This document shows, piece by piece, positions 1 to 10,082 of a stretch of 64,000 nucleotides of DNA. Within the stretch, counting starts at the first letter, position 1. Each line of letters starts with the position of its first letter. The position numbers and the translations under genes are program-made. The stretch is from an uncultured Gammaproteobacteria bacterium (GTDB lineage: Bacteria > Pseudomonadota > Gammaproteobacteria > Ga0077536): assembly GCA_942490995.1 (NCBI GenBank), contig CALOBG010000021.1:91388-155387 (forward strand), written 5' to 3'. The notes below the pieces were generated by a model. The model had not been told where the DNA came from. It did no database searches and worked only from the letters and a program-made list of their open reading frames with translations.

Positions 1-896
1 AACTCAATCACTGCGGATCGGCGATTGCACCCGATCCGTTTGCCGCCAACTCGACCGAATACTGGCATGCCATCGGACGCACCCGCCTCGATCCCATGAA
101 AGCGCTGCGGGTTGCGATCGACGAGTGGCCGGCGACGCAATGGGCGACGCGTCAGATCTTCGGCTTCGGTCAGGAGTTCAACGTTGCCGACGCCCTGCGC
201 ACCATGGAAACCTTTCACAGCTACCTCGGTGGCTTTCGTCCGTGGGCGACGCGCGAATTCAAACGCGAGCATATTTTTGCCATCGGCGCGAACTACATTA
301 CCGAGGCCGACGACCCCGGCTCGTTCTGGGATTCGGTGATTATCCGCGGTGAACTCGCGATCACGCCGAACAAGAAGTTTACCGATCTGGGTCTGAGCGC
401 GGACTTTATCGAGGAGACGGAAATCGTATCCGCCCTGATCATCGAAAAATTCCACCGATTCTCCGACGCTTTCCCGGCCACCTATATGGTCTGGCAGTGG
501 ATGCACCGCGAAGCGTCGGACCTGTTCGGCCGCCACCTGAGCGGTACCGAATCGGTCCCGTTCTCGACTTTCGTCGATCCCGACAGTGGCGATTTTACTG
601 CCGCTGCATTCGTCGACGGGGCGGCGGCGCCACGCGGATCAAGCGCCGCCGATTACGTCGTATTCGCATTCCAGCAGCCCTCGCGCAGCCTGCTGTGGCG
701 ACTGGACCTGGCACTGCTGATCGACGTCGAGGGCGGTTACCTGATCCAACCCGGCGTGCGCTACCGACCCAGCGACCGCTGGCAGTGGGATGTCTATGCC
801 AACGTTATCGAGGGTGGCGGTGACGACAACGACGACATCATGGAAAGCCTCGATTTCGCCGACGAACTGTTTGTGCGCGTGACTTACTTCTTTTAA
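1..896 (+). CDS. DUF1302-family (outer-membrane beta-barrel-like) protein, 3' portion; the frame is open from the window edge, so the 5' end is outside the window.
   Basis: Frame 0 is open from nt 3 to the stop at 894-896. The C-terminus ends in aromatic residues (…RVTYFF). It lies immediately upstream of a DUF1329 gene, the usual DUF1302 -> DUF1329 order. Confidence 0.5.
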   Translation, partial: LNHCGSAIAPDPFAANSTEYWHAIGRTRLDPMKALRVAIDEWPATQWATRQIFGFGQEFNVADALRTMETFHSYLGGFRPWATREFKREHIFAIGANYITEADDPGSFWDSVIIRGELAITPNKKFTDLGLSADFIEETEIVSALIIEKFHRFSDAFPATYMVWQWMHREASDLFGRHLSGTESVPFSTFVDPDSGDFTAAAFVDGAAAPRGSSAADYVVFAFQQPSRSLLWRLDLALLIDVEGGYLIQPGVRYRPSDRWQWDVYANVIEGGGDDNDDIMESLDFADELFVRVTYFF

Positions 897-922
897 CCGC
901 CGTCCCGCGCGCGCTTACCGCC

Positions 923-2305
923 ATGCACATCCGCCGCTTCGATTTCGACTACAGCCGCAGGCATTTCCTCACCCGGGTTGCCAGCGCCGGCGCCGCCGGG
1001 GTCCTCGGCAGTGCGTGGGCGGCGGCCTGTCAGTCCGGCGACTTCGCGGGTGCCTATCCGCAGGAGCTGACCGACATCGAGGCCTTCACGGCCGGGCGCG
1101 TCAAGGTCGGGGACATCATCGACCGCGACAATATCGAACTCGTACAGGACGTGGTCGATCCGCTTGTCTACCAGGAGGTCAAGCAGGACGGTCGCCGGTT
1201 TTTTATCCAGGCCGCGGACAATCACGTCGAAGCGATGTTTCCGCCCTACTTCCTCGATGCCACGCTGCGTAATCAGGGCGCGGCGGTGTTCGACGCTATC
1301 GGCAACGTCTATACCCGCGACGGTCAGCCCTGGATCGGTGGCCTGCCTTTTCCGGACGCGCGCACCGGCAGCGAGGTCATCGCCAATATGACCCTGAGCT
1401 GGGGTCGGCACGATAAGGCCATCTACGCTTTCCCGGCGGTGGTGATCGGCGCCGAGGGTGAAACCCAGTACGAATACGATTTTGTCTGGGCCGAGCAGCA
1501 ATGCACCGGTCTGGTCCATCCTCGCGCCACGGCTCCGTACCTGGCCGGCTTCGCCGACAAAACACGCCTGCAGACAGTCTGGTTTACCCATACCAACGAC
1601 GTCAAAGGCTCGGCGTTTCTCAGCATCTGGCACTACGACCAGCGCGAAATACCGGAACTGTTCGGCTACCTGCCAAACCTCAAGCGGGTCCGGCGCTTCC
1701 CGGCCAATCAGCGCTTCGAACCCTACATGCCGGGCCTGAACCTGTACCTGTCCGACGCCTGGGCGGCCGGCGATCCGATGCTGACCTGGGGCAACTACCG
1801 CATCATCCATCGCGGCCCCTACCTCGGTTCGGTACACCGCCAGTGGCGCCCGGAGCGCGACAACTGGAACCACCCGCTGGTCGGCGGCGCGGCGGACGAA
1901 AGCTACTTTTACGTGGGCAAATCCCTGATCCCGGAAGTGATCGTATTCGAGGCCGAGCCGACTGCTTATCCGCGCGCCCCGGTCAGCAAGCGGCGGGTGT
2001 TTGTCGACGCCCGCAACATGAGCGTCATCCAGGCACTGACTTACGATCGCTACGGCGAACTGTGGAAAGGGTTTGAATCCGGCGCCGGCCAAAGGCTGGC
2101 CGAGGGATACCAGGAGCTGAGCAGCGATGGCCGGCCGGAATGGAGTTTCAACTGGCTGATCAGCCACGACGTGCAGAGCAACCGGGTTACGCGCGTGCTG
2201 CAGGCGCAAACGTGCCGCGGGAACTGGCGCACCGAACTCGACCCGGACCTTGACCTGGTCAACAAGTATATGACCGAACAGGCGCTGCGACGTCTCGGCA
2301 GCTGA
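923..2305 (+). CDS. DUF1329-family secreted protein with a twin-arginine signal.
   Basis: The N-terminus has a Tat motif (SRRHFLTRVASAGAAGVLG). The 460-aa size and conserved Gly/Pro/aromatic pattern fit DUF1329 proteins, which partner with DUF1302 and RND exporters. A 27-nt gap separates it from the upstream ORF. Confidence 0.6.
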   Translation: MHIRRFDFDYSRRHFLTRVASAGAAGVLGSAWAAACQSGDFAGAYPQELTDIEAFTAGRVKVGDIIDRDNIELVQDVVDPLVYQEVKQDGRRFFIQAADNHVEAMFPPYFLDATLRNQGAAVFDAIGNVYTRDGQPWIGGLPFPDARTGSEVIANMTLSWGRHDKAIYAFPAVVIGAEGETQYEYDFVWAEQQCTGLVHPRATAPYLAGFADKTRLQTVWFTHTNDVKGSAFLSIWHYDQREIPELFGYLPNLKRVRRFPANQRFEPYMPGLNLYLSDAWAAGDPMLTWGNYRIIHRGPYLGSVHRQWRPERDNWNHPLVGGAADESYFYVGKSLIPEVIVFEAEPTAYPRAPVSKRRVFVDARNMSVIQALTYDRYGELWKGFESGAGQRLAEGYQELSSDGRPEWSFNWLISHDVQSNRVTRVLQAQTCRGNWRTELDPDLDLVNKYMTEQALRRLGS

Positions 2306-3148
2306 ATGACGGTCACCCCGCCAACCCGCACAGGTGGTCTCATCGCAGCCCGGCGCGGGGCGCGGGTCATGATCATGCTTGCGCTGGCGACACCGTGCCT
2401 GCCGGCCGTGGTACTCGCCGGTGCGCTGGAGGCGCTCGATGCCGATGTGCGGGCCTGCGCGGAACGCGCCCTGCCGCGCCTGAGCATGGTGCAAAAGCAG
2501 GCGGTCAAGGTGATCAGCGACGACGGCTGGGTGCGGTCGTCGTCGCGCACCATGTACTGGAAACGCTTTGCCGACGAAACCGTCAAGATGCTGTTCGTGG
2601 TCGACAAGCCGCTCGCCGAAGCCGGCCTGAAAGTGCTCATCAGCAAGCACCGCGACCATGACCCGGTGATCCACGTCTACACGCCCGACACCCGTCGCGC
2701 TCGGCGCCTGGTCGGCAGCGGCGCGTCAAATTCCGTGCTCGGCACCGATCTGACCTACGAAGACGCGCTGCATTTCGACACCGTCTTCAGCGCGGCCACG
2801 ACCCGGCGTCTCGACGATACCCTGCTCGACGGCCACCCGGCCATGCTGCTCGAAACCAGGCCCGGCGACGAAAGCCCGGCCTACTCGGTGATCCGGACGT
2901 TCATCGACCGCGCCACCTGCGTGCCGCTGAAGGCCGAATTTTTTGGACCCAATGGCTCGCTCGACAAGACCCTGAGCACGACGCGCGCCTCGATCCGCAT
3001 GGTCAACGGCCATGCGATCCCGACTGAGAGCGTGATGGTCAATCACAAGCACCGCTCGCGCAGCGAATTCACGGTGTCCGCGATCGAGGTCGATGTCGAA
3101 CTGCGTGACCAGATGTTTACCCTGGCCGAAATCAGGAAAGGTCACTAG
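2306..3148 (+). CDS. LolA-like outer-membrane lipoprotein-sorting/carrier protein (alternative start M22 at 2369, which gives a signal peptide MIMLALATPCLPAVVLAGA).
   Basis: It starts 1 nt after the DUF1329 stop. The size (~260-280 aa) and its position between DUF1329 and an RND/MMPL exporter match the conserved four-gene module. Assignment is by context and composition only. Confidence 0.45.
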   Translation: MTVTPPTRTGGLIAARRGARVMIMLALATPCLPAVVLAGALEALDADVRACAERALPRLSMVQKQAVKVISDDGWVRSSSRTMYWKRFADETVKMLFVVDKPLAEAGLKVLISKHRDHDPVIHVYTPDTRRARRLVGSGASNSVLGTDLTYEDALHFDTVFSAATTRRLDDTLLDGHPAMLLETRPGDESPAYSVIRTFIDRATCVPLKAEFFGPNGSLDKTLSTTRASIRMVNGHAIPTESVMVNHKHRSRSEFTVSAIEVDVELRDQMFTLAEIRKGH

Positions 3149-3156
3149 CCGCCGTC

Positions 3157-5448
3157 GTGCCGGGTCATTTCACGGATATCGTCGTCAGGCACCCGCGACT
3201 CGTGATCGCCTGCGTAGTGGCGCTGTGCCTGGCCGCGAGTGCGCGCCTGATCGATTTTCGCGCATTCGAACCGCGTTTCGATGTCGACCCGTCGATGGCG
3301 TCATTGTTGCCACGCAGCGGCCCTGCGCTCGAGACCTACCTGCGCACCCAGCACCAGTTCAACGATGACGACCTGCTGTTGGTCGCCTGGATCGACGACG
3401 ACCTGTTCACCAGCGCACGGCTCGCCGCACTGAAGGCGTTGACCCAGGCGCTCGAACGCCTGCCCGACGTGGTGGCGGTCGAAAGCCTGGCCCGGATCAG
3501 CGATATTCGCATCAGCACAGAACAGACCCGTATCGATCCGTTCCTGCGTCACGTTCCCGACACTGCCGATGAACTGGCGGCGCTGCGCAGCCGCGCGCTC
3601 GCCAACCCGCTGGTGCGAGGGCGCTTGCTGAGCGATGACGGGCGTGCCGCGCTGCTGGCCGTCCATTTCACCCCCGGTCTCTCCAGCGCCGAATTGACCG
3701 AACGGGTAGATGCCGTGCGCCGCGCGTCGCGTGCCGGCGCCGGCGGCATCGAGCAGTTCGTCTCCGGTCCGTTACTGGTGCGTCTCGAAATCAGTCGTAT
3801 CCTGCTCCGCGATTTGTACCGTGTCATGCCGCTGGCGGTGTGCGCCACCCTGCTGGTCGCGTTAATCGGCTTTGGTTCGCTGCGCGGCGTGGTGCTGCCG
3901 ATGTTCGGCAACCTCGCCGCCGCCCTGGTCACCCTGGCGGTATTCGTCAGCGCCGGCCATGGTCTCAATTTCGTGACCGTGATCCTGCCACCGGTGATTT
4001 ACGTGGTCGGCTTCGCTTACGCGATCCACGTGGTCAGCGAATTCGATCGCCACTTTGACCGCAGCACCTCGCGTGCCGCGGCGACCCGCACCGCGCTCAG
4101 GGAAGTGTGGCTGCCGCTGACCCTGACCGCGGCGACAACTGCCATCGCATTCGCCGCGCTCGGCTTCAGCGCGATCGATTCGATCCGCACCTTCGGGCGG
4201 TACGCGGCGCTCGGCGTGGTGCTCGCCTGGATCGGCGCTTTGAGCGTAGTACCGGCCGGGCTGGTACTGTTGCGGGGTGCGCCGTGCCGGCCACCGCGGT
4301 TACTGCGCGTCGCCAGCTGCGCCGCGACACTGGCGCGCGTCGCGCTCGCTTACCGGCGCACGATCCTGCTTGCCGCCACCGTGGTTGCGATCGGCGCCGC
4401 GCTGGCCTCGCTCGCCATCCGTGTCGATACCCAGGTGCTGCGCAATTTCGGTCCGCACACGACCGTGCAGCAACACTTTCAGCGCGTCGCCGAAATTTTT
4501 GCCGGGCCAGTACCCATGCGCATCGTCATCGATGGCGAGCCCGACGCGTTCAAAGACCCGCGCAATCTGCGCGCGGTGGCGGCGCTCGCGCGGTGGCTGA
4601 AAGCAGATCCCGAAATTGGCGGCGTCTACGCACTGAGCGATTATGTCGCGCTGCTGAACCAGGCCATTGCGCCGGAATCGGCGGCCTTGGATCCCTTGCC
4701 GGACGCCGCCCGTATGGTCAACCACCTGCTGCTCGTCGGCGGCAGTCACGACGCCGGCACTTTCGTCAACCCGGCTTATTCCTCGACCCTGCTCCACCTG
4801 CGCACCAGCGCCCTGTCGACCGCGGCGGTCAACGACCTCGCGCGTCGCATTACCGTACGACTCGCCGAGTTGCCGGGGTCGCTGCGCGCCGAGGTCACGG
4901 GCACGTCCTACCTCATCGCCCGCACGGTCGACGACATCACTCGCGGCCAGGTTGCGAGTCTCGGTTTCGCGCTGCTGGTGGTGTTCGCGTTCCTGTCGTT
5001 GCTGTTCGGCTCGTTACGGATCGGATTACTCGCGCTGGTTCCGAACGCGCTGCCGGTAGTGGTGTATTTCGGCCTGCTCGGTATCAGCGGCATCCCGCTC
5101 AACCTGACGACCAGCCTGGTCGCCTGTGCAGTGTTCGGCATCGCGATCGACGACAGCGTGCACTTCCTCTCGCGCTTCGCCATCGAATCGCACCGCCACG
5201 ACGACCCGCAGCGCGCAATGACCGTAACGATGGCGACCATCCTGCGACCGGTGACGCTGACCACCGCCGCCCTGTGCGCGGGCTTCGTTGCGCTCTGTGC
5301 CGGCGAACTGCGGGCTCAGGCGGAGTTCGGCATGCTTGCCGCGGCAACCCTGGGTTGTGCCTGGCTGGTCGATATCACGTTTACGCCGGCACTGTGCTGC
5401 CGCCTGCGCGTACGTCCGATCTGGGCGCGCCGCTCGCTGCCAGGCTGA
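3157..5448 (+). CDS. RND-superfamily exporter, MMPL/HpnN-like (two 6-TM bundles with sterol-sensing-domain-like segments).
   Basis: 763 aa with two hydrophobic clusters (…LAVCATLLVALIGFGSL…, …LALVPNALPVVVYFGLLGISGIPLNL…) separated by large soluble loops. This is the typical MMPL topology. It starts 9 nt after the LolA-like gene. Confidence 0.7.
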   Translation: MPGHFTDIVVRHPRLVIACVVALCLAASARLIDFRAFEPRFDVDPSMASLLPRSGPALETYLRTQHQFNDDDLLLVAWIDDDLFTSARLAALKALTQALERLPDVVAVESLARISDIRISTEQTRIDPFLRHVPDTADELAALRSRALANPLVRGRLLSDDGRAALLAVHFTPGLSSAELTERVDAVRRASRAGAGGIEQFVSGPLLVRLEISRILLRDLYRVMPLAVCATLLVALIGFGSLRGVVLPMFGNLAAALVTLAVFVSAGHGLNFVTVILPPVIYVVGFAYAIHVVSEFDRHFDRSTSRAAATRTALREVWLPLTLTAATTAIAFAALGFSAIDSIRTFGRYAALGVVLAWIGALSVVPAGLVLLRGAPCRPPRLLRVASCAATLARVALAYRRTILLAATVVAIGAALASLAIRVDTQVLRNFGPHTTVQQHFQRVAEIFAGPVPMRIVIDGEPDAFKDPRNLRAVAALARWLKADPEIGGVYALSDYVALLNQAIAPESAALDPLPDAARMVNHLLLVGGSHDAGTFVNPAYSSTLLHLRTSALSTAAVNDLARRITVRLAELPGSLRAEVTGTSYLIARTVDDITRGQVASLGFALLVVFAFLSLLFGSLRIGLLALVPNALPVVVYFGLLGISGIPLNLTTSLVACAVFGIAIDDSVHFLSRFAIESHRHDDPQRAMTVTMATILRPVTLTTAALCAGFVALCAGELRAQAEFGMLAAATLGCAWLVDITFTPALCCRLRVRPIWARRSLPG

Positions 5449-5464
5449 GCGGCGCGCAAGTCGC

Positions 5465-5731
5465 TCAGCCGACCACCGCTCGGGCCGGCACGCGGTAGGC
5501 GGTGTCCACATCAAGGGTCTCGAATTGCCCTTCTCCAATGCAGGTCGGACGCCAGTGGTGCAGGGCGCGCTCGACGGTTTCGATATAACGGCTGTCGACC
5601 GCCGCGCCGCGCATGGCGCCGGCCATGACCTGGCGCAGGGCGAAACGTTCGATGGTTTCATAGCCGTCGATATTGGCCAGGGCGGCACGGACCTGGCGGT
5701 GCAGTTGCGGGCTGATGAGGCGCTTGGCCAT
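5465..5731 (-). CDS. Small hypothetical protein (88 aa).
   Basis: Balanced amino-acid composition with no low-complexity run. It lies in the otherwise empty gap between the RND exporter and ggt. No family was recognised. Confidence 0.3.
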   Translation of the reverse strand: MAKRLISPQLHRQVRAALANIDGYETIERFALRQVMAGAMRGAAVDSRYIETVERALHHWRPTCIGEGQFETLDVDTAYRVPARAVVG

Positions 5732-5895
5732 GGCTGGATCTCCGTTTCCGGCCCAGCATAGGCCGTGCCCGGGGTCGAATTTTGACCAGGGTCAACCGAC
5801 GTGCAGGACGCTCGCGCCGGCTATTTCGGTGGCGCTGGTTATACTGCGCCACGGCCCTGCCTCCGCGGGGCGCGAATGTGCTCGCCGAGGACGCG

Positions 5896-7461
5896 ATGAT
5901 CGACCCCAAGCTGCCCTACCACTCTCAACGCGCGCCGGTATGCGCCGATAACCTTGTCGCGACGTCCCAGCCGCTGGCCACGCAGGCCGGCCTCGAAGCC
6001 CTGCGACGCGGTGGCAACGCGGTGGACGCGGCGCTCTGCGCCGCGATTACCCTGACCATTGTCGAGCCCAGCGGCAACGGCATCGGCGGTGACGCTTTCG
6101 CTCTCCTGTGGGACGGCAGCGAAGTGGTCGGCCTGAACGGCTCCGGACGCGCGCCGGCGGCGTGGACGCCGGCGTACTTCGCCGGCACCGCATCGCTACC
6201 GCTCTACGGCTGGGACGCGGTGACGGTGCCGGGCGCCGTCAGCACCTGGGTTGCGCTGTCCGAACGCTACGGCAAGCTGCCGTTTGAAAGCCTGTTCGAA
6301 CGCGCCATTCATTACGCCGAAAACGGTTTCCAGGTCGGACCGCGCACCGCCTGGTTGTGGCAACACCACCCGGCCGAATACCTGGACTACCCCGATTTCG
6401 CCGCCCATTTCCTGCCCGCGCCGGCCGCCGGCCAGCGCGTTCGGCGGCCGCACGCGGCGGAAACCCTGCGCCTGATCGCGGCGACCCGTGGCGAGGCGTT
6501 TTACCGTGGTGTCCTGGCCGAGCGTATCGAGCAGGCGGCGCGCGCCGGCGGTGGCGCGCTGCGCGCAAGCGATCTGGATGCGCATCGCTGTGACTGGGTC
6601 GAGCCGATCACCCAGCGCTACCGCGATGTCCTGGCCCACGAAATCCCGCCCAACGGACAGGGCCTGGCAGCGCTGATCGCGCTCGGCATCCTCGCCTGTT
6701 TCGATCCGCCGCCGCTGGACAGCACCGATGCCGTTCACCTTCAGATCGAAGCCATGAAAATCGCCCTGCGCGCCGCCGCCGACCACATCGCCGACAGCGC
6801 CGCCATGCAGACCCCGGTGGCCGCGCTGCTTGACCCGACCTCGCTGGCGCGCGCCGCGGCCGGCATCGGTCGAAACGCCAGCACCGGTGTGCCTACCGCA
6901 CTGCCGAGCAATCCCGATACCGTCTACCTGAGTTGCGCCGACAGCGCCGGTATGATGGTGTCGTTCATCCAGTCGAACTTTCATACCTTCGGGTCCGGCA
7001 TCGTCATTCCGGACAGCGGCATCGCCATGCACAATCGCGGCTGCGGTTTCTCCCTGCTCTCCGGCCACCCCAACCAGGTCGGGCCCGGCAAACGACCGTT
7101 TCACACCATCATCCCGGCTTTTATTACCGCCGACGGTGAGCCGCTGGCCAGCTTTGGCGTGATGGGCGGGCCGATGCAGGCGCAGGGGCATGTACAGATG
7201 ATCACGCGACTCGTCGACTACGGACAAAACCCGCAGGCCGCCAGCGATGCGCCACGCTGGCAGGTCAAAGACGACCTGAGCGTGCTCCTTGAACCGGGCT
7301 TCTCCGAGTCGGTGGCCAGCGAGCTCGCCGCACGCGGGCACCGCGTTGAACGCGCCAAATCCGATCGCGCCTTTGGCGGCGCGCAGCTGATCGTAAAAAC
7401 CGCGGACGGCTACGTGGGCGGCTCGGACCACCGCAAGGACGGCCAGGCGGCGGGCTACTGA
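5896..7461 (+). CDS. ggt: Gamma-glutamyltransferase (Ntn-hydrolase); the likely start is the internal ATG at 5896, not the ORF-track start at 5782.
   Basis: Motifs GNGIGGDAF and the autoprocessing/nucleophile region …DTVYLSCADSAGMMVSFIQSNFHTFGSGIVIPDSGIAMHNRG, with the C-terminal GG…SD signature of the GGT family. Confidence 0.85.
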   Translation: MIDPKLPYHSQRAPVCADNLVATSQPLATQAGLEALRRGGNAVDAALCAAITLTIVEPSGNGIGGDAFALLWDGSEVVGLNGSGRAPAAWTPAYFAGTASLPLYGWDAVTVPGAVSTWVALSERYGKLPFESLFERAIHYAENGFQVGPRTAWLWQHHPAEYLDYPDFAAHFLPAPAAGQRVRRPHAAETLRLIAATRGEAFYRGVLAERIEQAARAGGGALRASDLDAHRCDWVEPITQRYRDVLAHEIPPNGQGLAALIALGILACFDPPPLDSTDAVHLQIEAMKIALRAAADHIADSAAMQTPVAALLDPTSLARAAAGIGRNASTGVPTALPSNPDTVYLSCADSAGMMVSFIQSNFHTFGSGIVIPDSGIAMHNRGCGFSLLSGHPNQVGPGKRPFHTIIPAFITADGEPLASFGVMGGPMQAQGHVQMITRLVDYGQNPQAASDAPRWQVKDDLSVLLEPGFSESVASELAARGHRVERAKSDRAFGGAQLIVKTADGYVGGSDHRKDGQAAGY

Positions 7462-7559
7462 TCCGCGTCAACGGCGATCGCGGCTGGCTCGTAGTCACGT
7501 CCACGGCGGGCTAAAATAGCCGGCCCAGCAAGATCATCCGCCATCGAGATCGAATCGCC

Positions 7560-8411
7560 ATGGCCACAAAAACCCTGCCCGAAATCAATCGCAATCCGTT
7601 TTCCCCGGCCGCCCAGGCGATTGAAACGACCAAGCGTTTCTCGAGCGCAAGCGAGCGCGCGGCCATGGCGCCGGCGCTGGAACAACTGCGGCGCAATGGC
7701 TACGTCATCCTCGAGCGACACCTCGACCCATCCCGGCTCGAATCGATACGCGCGGAGTTTGCCCGTCTGCACGCCGGGCTGCCGACCGGTACTTCGCAGT
7801 TCGGCGGTTATGCCACACAGCGCTTGTATAACCTGGTAGCGCGCACCCGGGTACTCGACGATCTCTACCTCGACCCGTCGCTGCTGGCCCTGATCGAAGC
7901 CCACCTCGACGATCAGATCCAGCTCTCCGTCGCCAGCACCGTGAACCTGCTGCCTGGTCAGAGCGCGCAGGATTTTCATCGTGATGACGGCTACTATCCG
8001 CTGCCCCGTCCGCACCAGCCGTTGAGCGTCAACAGCATGTGGGCGATCGACGATTTCACCGCCGCCAACGGCGCCACGCTGCTGATCCCGCGCTCGCATC
8101 TCAACGCCGACCTCGAGCCGGCGGCGGATGCCGAAATCGTCCACGCCGAAATGCCGGCCGGTTCGGTCATGGTCTGGGATGGCTCGCTGTTCCATGCCGG
8201 CGGCGCCAATACCACCGCGGCGGCGCGGCTCGGGATCACGGTCATCTACTGCCGCGCCTGGCTGCGTCAGCAGGAAAACCAGTTTCTCGGCGTGCCGCCA
8301 GCGCTGGCAAAAACTTTGTCGCGACCCCTGCAGAAACTGATCGGCTACTGGGTCGCCAACAACTTCCTGGGCTACGTCAACGAAGCCAGCCCCAGCGAGT
8401 TCCTGCGCTGA
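7560..8411 (+). CDS. Phytanoyl-CoA dioxygenase (PhyH) family Fe(II)/2-oxoglutarate-dependent oxygenase.
   Basis: The H-x-D…H facial triad context (DFHRDDGYYP … GSLFHAGGAN) and overall PhyH-like layout. 283 aa. Confidence 0.75.
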   Translation: MATKTLPEINRNPFSPAAQAIETTKRFSSASERAAMAPALEQLRRNGYVILERHLDPSRLESIRAEFARLHAGLPTGTSQFGGYATQRLYNLVARTRVLDDLYLDPSLLALIEAHLDDQIQLSVASTVNLLPGQSAQDFHRDDGYYPLPRPHQPLSVNSMWAIDDFTAANGATLLIPRSHLNADLEPAADAEIVHAEMPAGSVMVWDGSLFHAGGANTTAAARLGITVIYCRAWLRQQENQFLGVPPALAKTLSRPLQKLIGYWVANNFLGYVNEASPSEFLR

Positions 8412-8464
8412 CGCGCGCGCCAGACACCGCCTGGCAGCAGCCATATGCAACCGAAAATTCAATT

Positions 8465-10069
8465 ATGACGACCATCGATTACGACGCGATCATCATCGGC
8501 GCCGGGGTTTCCGGCATGTACCAGTTGCACACGCTGCGCGAACTCGGGCTGAGCGTGCGCGTGCTCGAAGCCGGCACCGGCGTGGGCGGCACCTGGTATT
8601 GGAATCGCTACCCGGGCGCGCGTTTCGACTCGGAGTCATACAGCTACGGCTACTCGTTCAATCAGGAAATTCTCGACGAGTGGGACTGGAGCGAACATTT
8701 CGCCGCGCAGCCGGAGATCCTGCGCTACCTGGAGTTTGTTGCCGACAAGCTCGACCTGCGCCGCGACATCCAGTTCAATACGCGCGTCGACGCCGCTGCC
8801 TGGCAGGCCGGAGAGGATTGCTGGTCAGTCACCTGCGCTGACGGCAGCGAACTGCGCGCGCGATTTCTGATCACCGCCATCGGCCCGCTGTCCGCAACAC
8901 AGATGCCAAACATCCCTGGCATCGATGACTTTGCCGGACCGTGGTGCCACACCTCGAAATGGCCGCACGAGGGCATCGACCTGGCCGGCAAACGCGTCGC
9001 GGTGATCGGCACCGGCGCGACCGGCGTTCAGGTGATCCAGACCATCGCCAGCGAAGTCGGTCACCTGACCGTATTCCAGCGTCACCCCAACTACTGCGCG
9101 CCGCTGGGTAACCGTCCCATCGACGCCGCCGAGATGGCGCAGATCCGCGCCCGCTACTCAGAAATTTTCCAGGCCTGCCGTGAGTCTTTCGGGTCGTTCA
9201 TACACCGTATGGACCGGCGCTCCGCCTTCGATCTCTCCGACCAGGAGCGCGAAGCGTTTTTCGAAGAACTTTATGCCTCGCCCGGCTTCCGCATCTGGCT
9301 CGGCAATTTCGCCGATACCCTTACCGATCAGAAAGCCAACGATACGATCACGGCCTTCATGCGCCGCAAGATCCGCGAGCGTATCGACGATCCCGCCATC
9401 GCCGAGAAACTCGTGCCGCAAGACCACGGCTTCGGTCTGCGCCGGGTGCCGATGGAGACGGGCTATTACGAGGTTTTCAACCGCGACAACGTCCTCCTCG
9501 TCGATTGCCTGGCTGCGCCTATCGAGCAAATCACACCGACCGGGATCAAAACCAGCGATGCCGAGTACCCGTTCGACGTGATCATTTACGCGACTGGCTT
9601 CTACGCCGTGATGGGCGGCTTTGAGCGGATCGCGATCGAGGGACTCGATGGCCGCAGGTTGCAAGACAAATGGGCCGACGGGCCACGCACCTATCTTGGC
9701 CTGCAGACGGCCGGGTTTCCCAACCTGTTTACTCTGGTCGGGCCGCATAACGGTGCGTCGTTCTGCAATATCCCGCGCTGTATCGAACAGAACGTAGAGT
9801 GGGTAACGGACGCCATCGCCTACCTGCGCGCGCACGACTATCGCTCAATGACCGCCAGCGTCGAGGCCGAAGACGAATGGACCCGGCACGTCTATGAAAC
9901 CGCATCGAGAACCTTGTTCCCGAATGTCGATTCCTGGTTCACGAACATCAACCGCAACCGTCCCGAAAACAAGCGCACGTTTCTGCTCTACACCGGCGGG
10001 AGTCCGGTCTACCGGGACAAGTGCGACGCCGTGGCGGCGAATGACTACGAGGGCTTCGTGCTGACCTGA
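8465..10069 (+). CDS. Type I Baeyer-Villiger / flavin-containing monooxygenase (cyclohexanone-monooxygenase-like).
   Basis: N-terminal FAD fold DAIIIGAGVSGM, GG(T)WYWNRYPG, BVMO fingerprint FAGPWCHTSKWPHE, and a second Rossmann fold GKRVAVIGTGATGVQ. The start is at ATG 8465; the ORF-track extension from 8039 is an upstream read-through. Confidence 0.85.
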   Translation: MTTIDYDAIIIGAGVSGMYQLHTLRELGLSVRVLEAGTGVGGTWYWNRYPGARFDSESYSYGYSFNQEILDEWDWSEHFAAQPEILRYLEFVADKLDLRRDIQFNTRVDAAAWQAGEDCWSVTCADGSELRARFLITAIGPLSATQMPNIPGIDDFAGPWCHTSKWPHEGIDLAGKRVAVIGTGATGVQVIQTIASEVGHLTVFQRHPNYCAPLGNRPIDAAEMAQIRARYSEIFQACRESFGSFIHRMDRRSAFDLSDQEREAFFEELYASPGFRIWLGNFADTLTDQKANDTITAFMRRKIRERIDDPAIAEKLVPQDHGFGLRRVPMETGYYEVFNRDNVLLVDCLAAPIEQITPTGIKTSDAEYPFDVIIYATGFYAVMGGFERIAIEGLDGRRLQDKWADGPRTYLGLQTAGFPNLFTLVGPHNGASFCNIPRCIEQNVEWVTDAIAYLRAHDYRSMTASVEAEDEWTRHVYETASRTLFPNVDSWFTNINRNRPENKRTFLLYTGGSPVYRDKCDAVAANDYEGFVLT

Positions 10070-10082
10070 ACCGGGTTGCAGC

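Noticed and set aside
893-2674. 593-aa ORF on the minus strand antisense to the DUF1329 gene.
   Set aside because: Arg/Gly/Ala/Pro-rich low-complexity translation typical of antisense frames in high-GC DNA. It overlaps a well-supported sense gene completely.
6196-8462. Long minus-strand ORFs (6196-7431 and 7455-8462) antisense to ggt and the PhyH gene.
   Set aside because: Their translations are dominated by R/G/A/P runs with no motifs, while the sense-strand genes carry clear family signatures.
8039-8464. N-terminal extension of the BVMO ORF in the track (start at 8039).
   Set aside because: The extension overlaps the PhyH gene and is low-complexity. The conserved FAD-binding N-terminus begins at MTTIDYDAIIIGAG (8465).
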